Shown in pieces: positions 40,734-53,851 of a stretch of 64,000 bases of DNA. Below the pieces are notes generated by a model, which saw only the letters and a program-made list of their open reading frames with translations, had not been told where the DNA came from and did no database searches. The stretch comes from Daphnia carinata (Eukaryota). The translations under genes were made by a program, and so were the position numbers. The stretch covers positions 62,001 to 126,000 of the forward strand of contig NC_081332.1 of the NCBI RefSeq assembly GCF_022539665.2. The letters are read 5' to 3'. Positions within the stretch are counted from its first letter, which is position 1. Each line of letters opens with the position of its first letter.

Positions 40734-41902
40734 ATGGGCAAAACGAAAACCAATAGTCAAGTCTGTACATCTTCAAGAGTCACACGAACTGTAGTAACTG
40801 AAGAGCAAGTTAAAAACGCACCAATAGTCCAACGCGTAACCGTACAGTCGATTTTACTCGAGCCCGAAGTAAGTACTGACGAAGTAAGTACGGATATCAT
40901 CTATATACCAGAAGCATTATTCTTTTGTCTAATACATTTCGTTATACCGGCAGTGCGCCAATTCTTGTGCAGAAAGGGATTGATTTCAGCTACGGCAACT
41001 AATTACGACTTCGCGGAATAATGAAGATCATAAATTCCTATAACAACATCAATAATAAGTTTCTTGCCACCCCTCTCCTGCCCCATGGAAATCCGCAGCG
41101 CGATCTCTGCGAGGAACGAGATCTGCCATATCAATCTTGATGAAGTGAAAACAAACTTGTCCGACAACTTCTCAATTTGGATCAAGCTTTGTCGAAGCGT
41201 CGGTGATAGCCAGAATGCCACTGACGTACAGACTGTATACGAACGCCTCATGAAGGGTAAATATCAACGCTCAGTCGCCAAAAACCCTTTGTTTACATAA
41301 TGGGCACCTACAATGAAAATGCTGCGTTCGGTCTCACCGTGCGTTTATACAGTTGTCTTGTAAGACATGTTGGTCCTTCTCTGCGGAACTTCTTGATGCA
41401 AGTGAAACACCTACCTACGTCAACAGATTTTGGCGTCTTCAGAAACTTGAAATATATAATCGAAGAACAGAGAACGGACACCAATTATCTGGCAGCAGGT
41501 GCTTCTCGAAGGACTGATACAACAATGTTGAAGAATGCTATGGATGGTAGGAATAATACGTGTCACGGTAAGTTTTCAAAAGTTTATGGGCTTTGGAAAA
41601 TATATCTGCAATCGTGGATAAATCTGCTGAACACTGTAAACGCAAAAGAAGCAGCAGGAGAAATTAAGGACGTCCTGAATGCCATCGATATCTCTCAGAG
41701 ACACGCTAAACCGATTCACCCTAGAAAGATCCTTTCCCGAACCTATAAGATGAAATTTTTTCTTCTATCCAACAATGTAGTCTACCAATTAATAGTTGGC
41801 TACGTCTTTTTCATGATGATAGAGCCGTACCCATCGTTTTTCGGAATATGGAACGACTACCAGTGTCTGTACCGAAAAAAAGATTTCGAACGAGTAGTTT
41901 AA
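40734..41902 (+). pseudogene. Frameshifted gene with two tandem helical domains, each with an R-N-x3-H (HEPN-like) motif
   Basis: Domain 1 CLIHFVIPAVRQFL...SAISARNEICH..W aligns by eye with domain 2 CLVRHVGPSLRNFL...NAMDGRNNTCH..W. Frame breaks at ~41010, ~41060 and ~41300. Confidence 0.5.
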
Positions 41903-42113
41903 CTTGAATGATCCTTTTCCCAACCTCAGTTGAAATTTTTTATTTCAGTTAAACAGCTCGACTAATCCACTTCGGTGCAACAACGTAGTCTACCAATTAA
42001 TAGTTGGCTACGCCTTTTTCCGGTTAACAAAGCGGTGCCCATTGCTTTTCCGGAATATGAAAAGATTACCCGGTGTCTGTTTTCGGAAAAACGATTACGA
42101 CGGAGTCGTTTAA
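41772..42113 (+). repeat. Imperfect ~130-bp direct repeat (two copies, ~41772-41902 and ~41979-42113)
   Basis: gtagtctaccaattaatagttggctacg...ggaatatg...gtgtctgt...gtttaac occurs twice. Confidence 0.8.
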
Positions 42114-44632
42114 CACCGTCCCGTTTGCATTTGCTGAACAGTATCGACAGGATATCATGAACGAACCGGGAGTAATGCATTAGAAGAAATTTCGAACGTT
42201 ATACAGTGACCGTAGGTTTTGTTCAAAATTTTGTAAGACTCAAAACTCTATGTCGAAGAAAAAGGTTTTGGCCTTTATACATTTCTGTGTGCAATGTTGT
42301 TTATTCAATCAATGCAGCGTAAATGCTTATGGTTCGTGTTTGTAAATGTCTACCGAATTCTAATATCCATCCTCCTCCGTTCCTCCTTTCGAGACTACCA
42401 CTACGTACACTAGCCTATTCTGCACAAAAAGGAGAACACCGATTTATTTTCAAAACGCCATCTTTGGGTAAAATATATCAATTTTTTACCTTTTTCGAAT
42501 AGCGGTAGGGCTGTTTTGGCGCAAAACCCCTATAAGTTGGGTTGGGTAGTTTAAGTATAGACACCTTTTTCTAATGCCACTGGTGTTATAAAAATGTCTG
42601 AAAAAGGTAGTTTGTACCTTTTTTTGTCAGACCCGTAAACCTCCTCCCCCAGGCTAAGATGAAGAATATCGCACCAAAAACATTGTCAACTTCTACCCAC
42701 CTCTTTGGGCAACATCGAAACCACAACACAGGAAATATTTACGCCTATTGTTGGGATTGAACCACTGTTATCCGTGTCTAATTCCGACCCTATACCACTG
42801 AGCTACAACATCTCAATACATTGTCTTATAGATATATACAATATAGTTTATTTCACGGAGGCTGAAGGGAAAATTATTTTTACTTTTTTTAAGTTATGTC
42901 ATTTGCATACCATATTTGTGAACGACATGATATATAAAAGTAATCATCTATATGAATCCTTGAACACCGACCTCCCGCATCCAATACACATCGCTTACGC
43001 CCCATAATTACAACATAAATCGGCAGCATATACCACAGCTTTCTTTTGTATTCATCCTCCACATCTCCACATAAACGAAAGTATAGACAAACATAAGCAA
43101 AAGTAATAGCCCGGTGGCATAAGATCGGATTCCGATGCGGGTTGCAGTGGTTCAATCCCGATCCCGTACGAAACGGTAAGCTTGAGTTTTGGCGATGCCC
43201 AAATCCTATCTTCATCCAGCTTCCCCGTCGCTAGCTTGCAGATTTCAAGCTAGCAATACCATTAGGTAAGCTTGAGTTTTGGGGGGTGACGTCAGCGCCT
43301 TAACATTAAACTTGCGCAAGCTATGAATTCACCAGCTTGCCCTTTAGTTTACGAAAATTAAGCTATTGGAGTAAGTGTAAGCTAGAAAAATGGAAGTTAG
43401 GAATATATATATTATTTAGCATAAGAAATGCTTATAAAACAAGTATTAGTTATGATAGGACTTTAATCGCAAATAATTCATTTTCTTAAAAAAAATAAGA
43501 AATCATACTTTATACTTTCATACTTTACGTTATTATGGCAAGTTACCTAGCGTAAAGTTTTAGTCAGCTGAAACTGGTGAAAGCAGACAATGACGGTCAA
43601 GCATTCTCTTAGGTTATTACTATAACCATTTCTAATTACTTCAAATGTCTTCTATATCCCAATAAAACACTTGAGTAATTAGAAAAAGCAGTCAAGCTTA
43701 GCTTGCTGGCTAAAAGCATCTTATTACAGCATGGGCAGTTTCAAAATAAACTGGCCTAATGTATCTTAAGCGCTGTAAGCTACAAGAGTTGTTACATTTC
43801 TTTTTATTCTGGTTGTATCTAACTCAAAACCAACTGCTAATGTAAATGGAAGATTTCCACGTTATGGGAGAACGAGGAAAAGAAATTTTAAGTAAAAAAG
43901 AGCTATACGAATTGCACGAGTAATCGAGCAAGTAAAGGAAATTCACCGTTTGAGGTAAAGAAGGCAGGACGTATAGTCCAAGTGTACACATGCGCCTTCA
44001 GGTCGTCTCACGTGGGAAAGTGAAAGAGTAAGCGTTAGTTTGATTCCCAGGTTGGCCAACGACCGCAGTAAGATATGTCCATAGTTGTTATCACAATCAT
44101 CGTTCTCGTGTTAATAGGAATAGTTCGACAATTCTCAACGTCCGGATAAAAGATTTTAAAGTAAGTTCAAAATACATTAACCACAACAACGTAATTGTCA
44201 GACGTATTTGTTAAGAATTAGGAATTAAGAATTGGAAGGGAAGTGTATTAATTTGTTGTTTTTAATGGGACGAATGGCCCAGTTTATGGCAGATTTCAAG
44301 ACCAACGAAAAGATAAAAATGAACGAGAAATACTCGATTTTCAGTTTAAGAGAGCGATAACTATGATATAAGAATTCAGAGGGATGGTTACATTTTTAAA
44401 TTATTTTTGTTATTTCAATCAATGGTTGTGTTAAGACTTGTCGTTAAGGAATATTTGTTTTAGTCTAAGGTAATGCATACTTGTTGCTGGCAAATATCGT
44501 CCATCCGCCAAGGTCAAAATGCTAACGGAAGATAAAAAGTTTCGAATGCCACTCGAGCGCTAAACAAACCCCGAATTTTCCAGCGTATCCTATTTACTAC
44601 CATAACAAAAAAGACAGGAAAGGTTATGATAA

Positions 44633-47600
44633 GGAGGTCGGAGAAAAAGGCCCAGACGAAAAAGGCCCAGACGAAAAAGGCCCGCGAAAAAGGCCCAGAC
44701 GAAAAAGGCCCATACGAAAAAGGCCCACTTTTTTCCAAATTCAAAAGTGGGCCTTTTTCTCCATTGGACTGGGCCTTTTTCTCCGCTCAATTTCCATTTT
44801 CTTACAAACTTTATGTTTGTTTCGAAAATTGTATTTCCCACCTCCTATTCCGTGGAATTTGGAATGTACAAAGGTTGCTGAAACCGTGATTTTCTTTAAG
44901 ATTTGCAGAGATCAAACAATGTTAGCGTTTGTACGCTAATTAATCTTTGATTATTTATTCGGTTGCAATCTAATTTCGGATTATATTAGTATTTATATAT
45001 TGCTAATATCCCGTTTAATAAAGTTCATTTTTCACAATTTTTGTTTATTGAACTACTATCGCTTTTTTAAATATAATACAAAAAATAAATGTTTTTCGCA
45101 CTTAGCCTTGTTCTGTCTACCCTCTTTCATTATTCCACCAACCCCCAGTCCATCTCCCATATAGCTTCTTTTTGTCGATACTTATGCCATAGGTAAAGAC
45201 CACTGATTCGTTGGGAATACGGAAACTGAATGAGTTCCGCGGGGCTTTTGTGGTTGCTGGGAACAAAAATATATGTTACCACGAAGACTAGTTTATTATC
45301 ATTAACATTTGATAAATAATGTTTATAGGAATAATAGTACAAACTTAAATTATCGTCTGAGGCAAGGACCAAAACAAAGATTATGTAATTCAATATTGAT
45401 TCTAATACCATTTATTCCTTGTACATTTTCAATTCTTTTAACAATTACAAAGAGCCCAATAAATATATTAAAATCATAACCTACTGCTATAAATGATTCT
45501 GTTCGTTCTTCGTGTCCTGTTTTCACCTTTTGCACATTTTCAAGCAGCTATTGATTACCTAATTACACATCACATAATACATTGAGATATGAGGAAGCTT
45601 TACACTTTACGTTAACAAAGCTACTAATAATGACAAATCAATTTTCTACCATGACGGACTTTTTTTTAAAATGAGAGTCTGTTATTAGTGAAGACACTAA
45701 ACCTTTTTAAATGAATCTAAGATATTTTTTCTTCAAATTTTCCACGATCATGGAAGGCATGCCAGTGTATTTTTCTATAAAACTATCACGACATGGCTGC
45801 ACATGAAAGAACAAGAGTTTAGCTCATCCATGAGTCAGTATCAGTCTTTCATACGGTAAATTTGCCTTTTTTCTTTAGTTTATTCACTTTATGTTCTTTC
45901 TTTTCAGTTTTATTTTTCTTAATGTTGGCTTTTCTCTTTTTCTGTTTTTATTCCTTTCTCTTTTCCTTTTCTTCGATTCGTTCAGCGCAATTTATGTTAC
46001 TTTATGATTTGATCTCGTTCATTAATTGATTTGGCAAGCAATTCCACATAGTCTTTTACCTATTGCAATACAGAAAGGTTAAAAGTTTTGAAGATCTTAC
46101 AAATATTTTTGTCAAATTGAAAGTTTACCTGAAAACCTTCAGCTATTTGCAGAGCACCATTTCATGCCTGTTTCTCTTCAATGCTTCTTGCATTCTCAGC
46201 TTCAGCTTGGCCTACCAAGATATTCATTTTTGGTTTAAGTTTTATTTTCTTTCATTTTAATCGTTGCCACTTCTGGATATAAAGTGGTCTTTTTCAGAAT
46301 GGGTGAGGAATTAGATAATTCTCCAAAATCAAATTTGCTGGAAACTAGGCAGCCTTCACTGTTAAAAATTGGTGTTGCCAGTGTACTTGCTAGTCTTGGT
46401 TCAGGAATGTCTGTTTTAACAAACTCTGAAAGACCAGAGGTTGATGACACAGATACTGCCTTGGTGGCTCGAGCATGTTTGGCAATTCAGGACCTCTTCT
46501 TCTTACTTTTTCTTTTTAATTTCTTCTTCATTCCCTCTAACTTCCGTTTAAATTGGATTTTCGTTGTCTTATCAGACAATTCCAGCTTTTCCTCTGAAAA
46601 TCAATGGAATAAACTGGCCGGTCTTCCTTAAATGTAAATGTTAACACATACCTGTTAAGTGTGAGGCGTTCATTCAGTTTATGTTCTTTCTTCTCAGTTT
46701 TCTTTTTCTTAATGTTGGCTTTTCTCGTTTTCTGTTGTTATTCCTTTCTCTTTTCCTATTCTTCGATGCGTTCAGCCAACTTCTTTTTACTATCTGATTT
46801 GATTTCATCTTGTTTCATAATAGATTTAGCAAGCCATTCCACATTGTTTTTTACCTATTGCAATACAGAAAGGTTAAAATTATTTAAGATCTTACAAATA
46901 TGTATGTCAAATTGAAAGGTTACCTGAAAACCTTCAGCTCTTTGCAAAGCACCTTTTCATGCCTGTTTCTCTTCAATACTTCTCACATTCCAACTTCAGC
47001 TTGGCCATCCAAGATTTTCACTTTGGCTTTGAGTTTTTTTTTATCGTTGCTACTTTTCAATCTAAAGTGTTCTTGTTCAGAATGGGTGAGGGATTAGATA
47101 GTTCTCCTAAATCAAATTTGCTAAATACTAGGCAGCCTTCGCTGTTGAAAATTGGTGTTAGCGGTGTACTTGTTGGTCTTGGTTCAGGAATACCTGTTTT
47201 GACAAACTCTGTGGGATCAGAGGTTGATGACACTGATGCTGCCTCGGTGGCTTGTGCAAGTTGGGCAATTCAGGACCACTTCTTGTTATTTTTCTTTTTT
47301 AATTTCTTCTTCTTCAATTTTTCTAACTCCTTTTAAGTTTGGTTTTCATTGTTCTATCAGACAAATCCAGCCTTTTCCCTGAAAATAGATGGAATAAGCT
47401 GGCCCGTCTTCCTTAAACGTAAAGATTAACACATACCTGTTAAGTGTGAGGTGTTAGCTGCTAGACATTCTTCCTGTTCAACACCAACCTTATTGCTATT
47501 GAGATCGTCAACTGTAGATACACTTTCAATTGCAATGTTGGTCAATAAGCTAGAAATCATGATTTTTTGGGTCCTCATTTCCTATAAATTTTGTTTAGAC

Positions 47601-50600
47601 GACACTTTCAAGTTCTTGTTTTCTCTTTTTCCATTTACAAAAACTGCCTCTCATATTATAACCTTTAAACTTTATTATTATATACCTTGATTTCTCAACA
47701 TTATCACTGATCACTCCATAGATCAAACTATACGAAACAAGTCTATTGTTATTTTCTTCAGGGAACGGCATTTTCAAGTCAAATCTAGCGTCAGGACGCC
47801 ACAAACAATGGCGGACGGTTTTTAACATAAAATTTTAAAAATTTTTAATTCTTTTATTACAAATTCAACAAAATTTAGTTCCTTTGTACAACAATAATAA
47901 TGAATTATAATAATAGAACAATAACAAAGGAACTAAATTTTGTTGAATTTAATAAAGCTTTAGCTAAAAGTTTTAATAACAGCTTTCCACCGTCCGCCAT
48001 TGTTTGTGGCGTCCTGACGCTAGATTTGGCTTCAAAATGCCGTTCCATAAAGAAAATAACAATAGACTTATTGTTTCGTATAGTTTGATCTATGGAGTGA
48101 TCAGTGATAATGTTGAGAGATCAAGGTAAATAATAATAAAGTTTAAAGGTTATAATATGAGAGGCAGTTTTTGTAAATAGAAAAAGAGAAAACAAGAACT
48201 TGAAAGTGACGTCTAAACAAAATTTGTAGGAAATGAGGACCCTAAAAATCAAGAGCCTTATAAAACGCGAGGGTCCATTGACATCGTCGCTCTTAAAAAG
48301 CAACTCTCTCCTGAAGAGTTTTTCATTGCTAGCTTATTGACCAACATTCCAACTGAAAGTGTATCTACAGTTGACGATCTCAATAGCAATAAGGTTGGTG
48401 TTGAACAAGAAGAATGTCTAGCAGCTAACACCTCACACTTAACAGGTATGTGTTAATCTTTACGTTTAAGGAAGACTGGCCAGCTTATTCCATCTATTTT
48501 CAGGGAAAAGGCAGGATTTGTCTAATAGGACAATGAAAACCAAACTTTAAAAAAATTAGAAAAATAGAAGAAGAAGAAATTAAAAAAGAAAAATAACAAG
48601 AAGTGGTCCTGAATTGCTAAACTTGCACAAGCCACCGAGGCAGCATCAGTGTCATCATCCTCTGATCCGACAGAGTTTGTCAAAACAGGTATTCCTGAAC
48701 CAAGACCAACAAGTACACTGCTAACACAAATTTTCAACAGTGAAGGCTGCCTAGTATTCAGCTAATTTGATTTAGGAGAACTATCTTATCCCTCACCCAT
48801 TCTGAACAAGACCACTTTAGATTCAAAAGTGGCAACGATAAAAAAAAAAACTCAAAGCCAAAGTGAAAATCTTGGATGGCCAAACTGAAGTTGTATGCGA
48901 GAAGTATTGAAGAGAAACAGGCATGAAAAGGTGCTCTGCAAAGAGCAGAAGGTTTTCAGGTAAACTTTCAATTTGACAAACATATTTTTAAGATTTTAAA
49001 TAATTTAACCTTTCTGTATTGCAATAGGTGAAAAACAATGTGGAATTGCTTGCTAAATCTATTAAGAAACAAGATGAAATCAAATCAAATTGTAAAAGAA
49101 GTTGGCTGAACGCATCGAAGAATAGGAAAAGAGAAAGGAATAACAACAGAAAACGAGAAAAGCCAACATTAAGAAAAAGAAAACTGAAAAGAAAGAACAT
49201 AAACCGAATGAACACCGCACACTTAACAGGTATGTCTAACATTTACATTTAAGGAAGACCGGCCAGTTTATTCCATTGATTTTCAGAGAAAAAGCTGGAA
49301 TTGTCTGATAAGACAACGAAAATCAAACTTTAACGGAAGTTCGAGGGAATGAAGAAGAAATTAAAAAGGAAAAGTAAGAAGAAGAGGTCCTGAATTGCCA
49401 AACATGCTCGAGCCACCAAGGCAGCATCTGTGTCATCAACCTCTGGTCTTTCAGAGTTTGTTAAAACAGAAATTCCTGAAGCAAGACTAGCAAGTACTCT
49501 GCCAACACCGATTTTTAACAGTGGAGGCTGCCTAGTTTCCGGCAAATTTGACTTTGGAGAACTATCTAATTCCTCACCCATTCTGAATAAGACCACTTTA
49601 GATCCAGAAGTGGCAACGATTAAAATGAAAGAAAATAAAACTTAAACCAAAAATGAAAATCTTGGTAGGCCAAGCTGAAGTTGAAAATGCAAGAAGTATT
49701 GAAGAGAAACAGGCACGAAATGGTGCTCTGCAAATAGCTGAAGGTTTTCAGGTAAACTTTCAATTTGACAAAAATATTTGTAAGATCTTGAAAACTTTTA
49801 ACCTTTCTGTATTGCAATAGGTAAAAGACTATGTGGAATTGCTTGCCAAACCAATTAATGAACGAGATCAAATCAAATCAGAGAGTAACAAAAATTGCGC
49901 TGAACGAATCGAAGAAAAGGAAAAGAGAAGGGAATAACAACAGAAAAGGAGAAAAGCCAACATTAAGAAAAAGAAAACTGAAAAGAAAGAACATAAAGTG
50001 AATAAACTAAAGAAAAAAGGCAAATTTATCGCATGAAAGACTGATACTGACTGATGGATCAGCTAAACTTGTGTTCTTTCATGTGCAGCCATGTCGTGAT
50101 AGTTTTTTAGAAAAATACACTGATATGCCTTCCATGATCGTGGAAAATTTGAAGAAAAAAAATCTTAGATTCAATTTAAAAGGTTTAGTGTCTTCACTAA
50201 TAAGAGACTCATAAAAAAAAATCCGTCGTAGTAGAAAATTGATTTGTCATTATTAGTAGCTTTGCTAACGTAAAGTGTAAAGCTTCCTTATATCTCAATG
50301 TAGTATGTGATGTGTAATTAGGTAATCAATAGCTGCTTGAAAATGTGCAAAAGGTGAAAACAGGACACGAAGAACGAACAAAATCATTTATAGCAGTAGG
50401 TTATGATTTTAATATATTTATTGGGCTCTTTGTAATTGTTAAAAGAATGGAAAATGTATAAAGAATAAATAGTATTAGAATCAATATTGAATTACAAGTC
50501 TTTGTTTTGGTCCTTGCCTCATACGATAGTTCAAGTTTGTACTATTATTCCTATAAACATTATTTATCAAATGTTAATAATAATAAACTAGTCTTCGTGG

Positions 50601-51243
50601 TAACATATTTTTGTTCCCAGCAACCACAAAAGCCCCGCGGAACTCATTCAGTTTCCTTATTCACAACGAATCAGTGGTCTTTACCTATGGCATAAGTATC
50701 GACAAAGGGAAGTTATAAGGGAGATGGACTGGGGGTTGGGGGAATAATCAAAGAGGGTGGACAGAACAAGGCTAAGTGCGAAAAACATTAATTTCTTGTA
50801 TTATATTAAAAAAAGCCGATAGTAGTTCAATAAACAAAAATTGTGAAAAATGAACTTTATTTAACGGGATATTAGCAATATATAAATACTAATATAATCC
50901 GAAATTAGATTGCAACCGAATAAATAATCAAAGATTAACTAACGTACATACGCTAACATTGTTTGATCTCGGCAAACCTTATAGAAGGTAACGGTTTCAG
51001 CAACCTATGTACATTCCACTTTCCACGGAATAGGAGGTTGGAAATATATTTTGAAAATAAATATAAAGTTTGTGGGAACATGGAAATTAAACGGAGAAAA
51101 AGGCCCAGTCAATGGAGAAAAAGGCCCACTTTTGAATTTGGAAAAAAGTGGGCCTTTTTCGTATGGGCCTTTTTCGTCTGGGCCTTTTTCGCGGGCCTTT
51201 TTCGTCTGGGCCTTTTTCGTCTGGGCCTTTTTCTCCGCCAATC
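44633..51243. mobile_element. Foldback-type (MULE/FB-like) element forming a 6.6-kb palindrome
   Basis: Left arm 44633-47887 is the imperfect reverse complement of right arm 47924-51243, with a ~36-bp spacer. Tandem 15-bp repeats at both tips. Flanked by 8-bp direct repeat tatgataa (44625-44632, 51244-51251). No transposase ORF seen. Confidence 0.85.
44641..44728 (+). repeat. Subterminal tandem repeat (gaaaaaggcccagac-type, 6 units); mirrored at 51148-51235
   Basis: Read directly from the sequence, including the same short variant unit (gaaaaaggcccgc) at the same rank in both arms. Confidence 0.95.
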
Positions 51244-51504
51244 TATGATAAACGCCAAGTGTAACGATCGTATCCAACACCGATTCACACCTTTCATACG
51301 TTTGTCTACATTCATTGTAAAGCCAGTAGCTGCATAAAATACAATCTGAAAAAGTGCATCGTAATAATGCCAACCAACTCGATAATAAAGTATAAAATGC
51401 AAAATTTTTGAAATACGGGAAATTACTGCAATTAAGCAAGTCTCTTACTTAACCTATTACAAGTCAGCTTACCGAATTTTATGTTAATACAAGTAGATAT
51501 TGTC

Positions 51505-53851
51505 ATGCGCATTACCTGTTTCTCCACCATTCTTCTCATCCTACAGTACATCCAAATGTTATTATTGGTGAGATGTTTGCCTCCCTGGCAGACATGGAGA
51601 GCCTTATATCAACTGAAATGGAGCTCGCAAGGCATCTTGAAAATTACATTCAAGAAGAAGAAATTAGACTTAAACAACCAAGAGGGTAAGAAGAAGCTTT
51701 TTCCTGCTTGTGTTTATGAAAATAATGTCATATGTTGTTGCATGCTTTTTGGTTGCCATAGATTCCTGGAAAAATATGAAACCATGTATCAAGAAGCAAG
51801 TGAAGACGTGTCTAAGTATTTGGCTAATCCAGTCAATGCTTACTTACTAGTCAAACGCCTCACCTCTGATTGGAGGCAGGTCGAAGGAGTTATGGTGCAG
51901 AATGTTGCCTCTGGTACGCGTTTCGTAATATTCTTCTTATTTCACGCTGTAACACAATTTTTTACCAGCCATCGTACAAAACATCACGCAACATCGTAAT
52001 GTGTTAAGCTTCCCTTCTGATGAAGATTTAAACGGAACAGCTGTGGCATTAATGAGGCTGCAAGATACATATATGTTAGACGCTCATTCTTTAGCTGAAG
52101 GGAAGCTCTTAGGGAAGAAGTATTCCCGTCAGCTTACTGGTAATTTAATATGCATACATTCACCACAGCGCCTCTGTTGATTGGTGTTTTCCTCAAGCTG
52201 GAGACTGCTGGGAACTTGGCCGCCAGTCCTACATGAATGGAGATCATTACCATACCGTTCTGTGGATGAGCGAAGCTTTAAACAAGTTCATAGTCGATTC
52301 CAATGAAGCAGTAAAACGTGAAGAAATTCTCGAGCATTTGGCATTTTCTACTTATAAACAAGGTACAGAGTAAGATATGAATTAAAATTTCACAGTTTAA
52401 AGTTTCGTTTATATTGTAGGTAATGTAAATGAGGCCTTACAACTAACTCAAGAACTGCTAAGAATTGTCCCGTACCACGAACGTGCGCTTACCAATGTGA
52501 AGTATTACGAAGACATGCTTCATCAAGAAGAAGAGACGCAACCCCGCCAAGAACGCGACGAGTGTGTGATTAGCTAATTTTCCTTGGGTTTCGAAATATT
52601 GTTTCAATTTAAAGTGTTTGAATTTTGTTAGCAGGATTTAAAAAATGGAAAATTTTGATCCTACTATGTTAAAACTAAAGAAACACCCAGGTACCGCAGG
52701 AATACCCACCGATCACTGGGAGAACTATGAAAAGCTTTGCAGGCAACATTTTCGTAGATGTTAACGTAGAAGTTTCTCAAGTGAATACGCGTGATTTTTG
52801 CAGAGGTGAGGAACTAATCGATCACAAAATCGCAGCCCGTCTACGATGTCGTTTCGTTACCAATAACGTCCCGTTCTTCCTCATTCAACCCGTTAAGATG
52901 GAAGAGGCTTCGCTGAAACCATGGCTAGTTCTTTTTCACGATGTTATCACCGACGAGGAAATTGAAACTGTTAAAAAGCTGGCGCAACCCAGGGTAAGCA
53001 TCATCATAACAATAACTTAGCAAATCTCCTAATAAGTATTATACTCACAGCTACAACGAAGCACGGTGCAAAAAAGTTTGACAGGTGAAAGTGAACTAAC
53101 TAAATACCGGATCGCCAAAGCCGCCTTTTTGCAAAACAATGAACATGACCAGGTATACAAGGTAGGTTAAAACCGATTATTAGCGCACAAAGTTTCTCAC
53201 CATTATGCTCTTCATGTTTTTAAGCAGATGAATCAACGTATTGGTGATATTACTGGACTTGACATGGCTATGGCTGAAGACCTCCAAGCTTGTAATTACG
53301 GCATTGGAGGGCATTATGAGCCACACTACGATTTCGCAAGAGTACATAAGAAATTGCATTTAAAATTTACCTTATCCAATTCCTTTACTGATGGGTTTTC
53401 CTTTCTCGTCGACAGAAAGGTGAGATTCAAAAAGATTTCGGCTGGGGTAATCGAATCGCTACATGGTTGTTTTGCGTAAGTTTACATGCACCCACGAGAT
53501 TCCGATTGGATTACTGATAAACGTTTTTAATTACCACAGATGAGTGACGTTGAGGCAGGAGGGGCGACAGTTTTCCCAAAAATCAATTTGGCTGTTTGGC
53601 CTCGAAGAGAACGTGCAGCGTTCTGGTATAACCTTCACCCGAACGGTGATGGTGACGATTTGACCCAGCATGCTGCCTGTCCTGTTCTAATCGGATCTAA
53701 ATGGGGTACAGTGATATTTAATTATGGAATAACAATTTAGCCTTAAGTTTTGGCTTACGTGAAACTCGTTTCACTATCAAACAAACGGATTCATGAACGC
53801 AATCAAGAATTCCGCCGACCTTGTGGTTTGCAGTTCGACAGCGGAATGTGA
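51505..53851 (+). pseudogene. P4HA: Prolyl 4-hydroxylase alpha subunit (collagen P4H), multi-exon, probably inactivated
   Basis: Exons encode GEMFASLADME..., NPVNAYLLVKRLTSDW, FPSDEDLNGTAVALMRLQDTY, LRCRFVTNNVPFFLIQPVKMEE, NYGIGGHYEPHYD (HxD), NRIATWLF, MSDVEAGGATVFP, HAACPVLIGSKW, IHERNQEFRRPC. There is a frameshift after the signal peptide (~51545), and the last acceptor reads AC rather than AG (~53774). Confidence 0.85.

Larger units (their letters stand above)
21774..44510 (+). repeat. Segmental duplication, copy 2, interrupted by a ~9-kb non-homologous block (~34566-43532)
   Basis: Homology to copy 1 stops after ttcaaatttcattaac..ataggc (~34565) and resumes at tatggcaagttacc..tcagctgaaactggtga (~43533). 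Confidence 0.8.

Noticed and set aside
44641..44728. CRISPR-like array or KKAQT-repeat protein
   Set aside because: Units are contiguous with no unique spacers and are mirrored at the other tip of the palindrome. They are subterminal transposon repeats, and the ORFs over them are incidental.
44633..51243. Assembly foldback artefact
   Set aside because: The arms differ by many substitutions and an ~70-bp indel, and the unit is bounded by a TSD.
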